Virus record (IMG/VR): IMGVR_UViG_3300032212_000097
Location: 1-34,992 of that record
From: a virus
Taxonomy: Duplodnaviria > Caudoviricetes
Direction: 5' to 3' (one strand)
Length of the DNA stretch: 34,992 nucleotides
In this document: piece by piece, positions 34,754 through 34,992 of the stretch
How the letters are laid out: every line of letters starts with the position of its first letter
Numbering within the stretch: position 1 is the first letter of the stretch
The notes under the pieces: model-generated
Told to the model about the DNA's origin: nothing
Databases searched by the model: none
What the model saw: the letters and a program-made list of their open reading frames with translations, nothing else
Made by a program: the position numbers and the translations under genes

Positions 34754-34992
34754 AGTCGTGTTCTCCTTCTAGGTGGTTTTGTGGAATGACGATTTCGCCA
34801 ATTCCTGTTGAGTATTGAGGTTGGGTTTGCTCAAGTTCCAGTTTCTTTACCTCGAGCTCTTTCTCTTTCAAGGCGTATTCAGCCATTTTGACTTGCGCGT
34901 TGATATGGGCAGTCTCTTTCGCTGATTGCGCCTTTAAAAGTTCGGTTTGTGATTTGCTTTGCTCAACAAGCGTGTTGTTCTTGAGCTCTTCC
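34746..34992 (-). CDS. Portal protein, 3' part
   Basis: Frame continues ...AEYALKEKELEVKKLELEQ...GEHDYE* to TGA at 34748-34746, overlapping the scaffold start. Confidence 0.82.
   Translation of the reverse strand, partial: EELKNNTLVEQSKSQTELLKAQSAKETAHINAQVKMAEYALKEKELEVKKLELEQTQPQYSTGIGEIVIPQNHLEGEHDYE
34866..34992. repeat. Terminal direct repeat (circular assembly overlap), right copy
   Basis: Identical to 1-127. Confidence 0.95.

Larger units (their letters stand above)
1..34992. mobile_element. Complete temperate P22-like podophage genome (excised/circular form)
   Basis: Full set of head, tail, lysis, switch, replication and integrase modules; intact attP; circular overlap. Confidence 0.92.

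Noticed and set aside
1-34992. Alternative genetic code or stop-codon recoding
   Set aside because: Core genes are full length under the standard code and tightly packed, and all three stop codons are used.

Overview
The window looks like a complete, circularly assembled temperate phage genome of about 34,865 bp; bases 1-127 are repeated exactly at 34866-34992. Its virion module is P22-like (podovirus): terS, terL, a portal gene that crosses the contig ends, scaffold, coat, gp4/gp10-like tail machine, three ejection proteins, tail fibre and lysis genes, all on the minus strand. It has a lambdoid switch (cI/cro with TGGGGA-N4-TCCCCA operators), an O-like initiator with internal iterons, RecE/RecT-like recombination genes, tandem N6- and C5-DNA methyltransferases, and xis/int with an attP matching the 3' half of tRNA-Arg(ACG). 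Protein styles suggest an alphaproteobacterial host (inference). The most unusual observations are: (1) a second, RBS-bearing gene nested in the +1 frame of the C5-MTase, resembling the M.EcoHK31I beta subunit; (2) apparent genome-wide enrichment of YGGCCR; (3) a tail-fibre domain inserted inside a copy of itself; (4) a pR'-like late promoter with a direct repeat in its spacer followed by stacked terminators; (5) an endolysin whose usual start codon position reads ACG. All homology calls come from motif recognition by eye; no database search was run.
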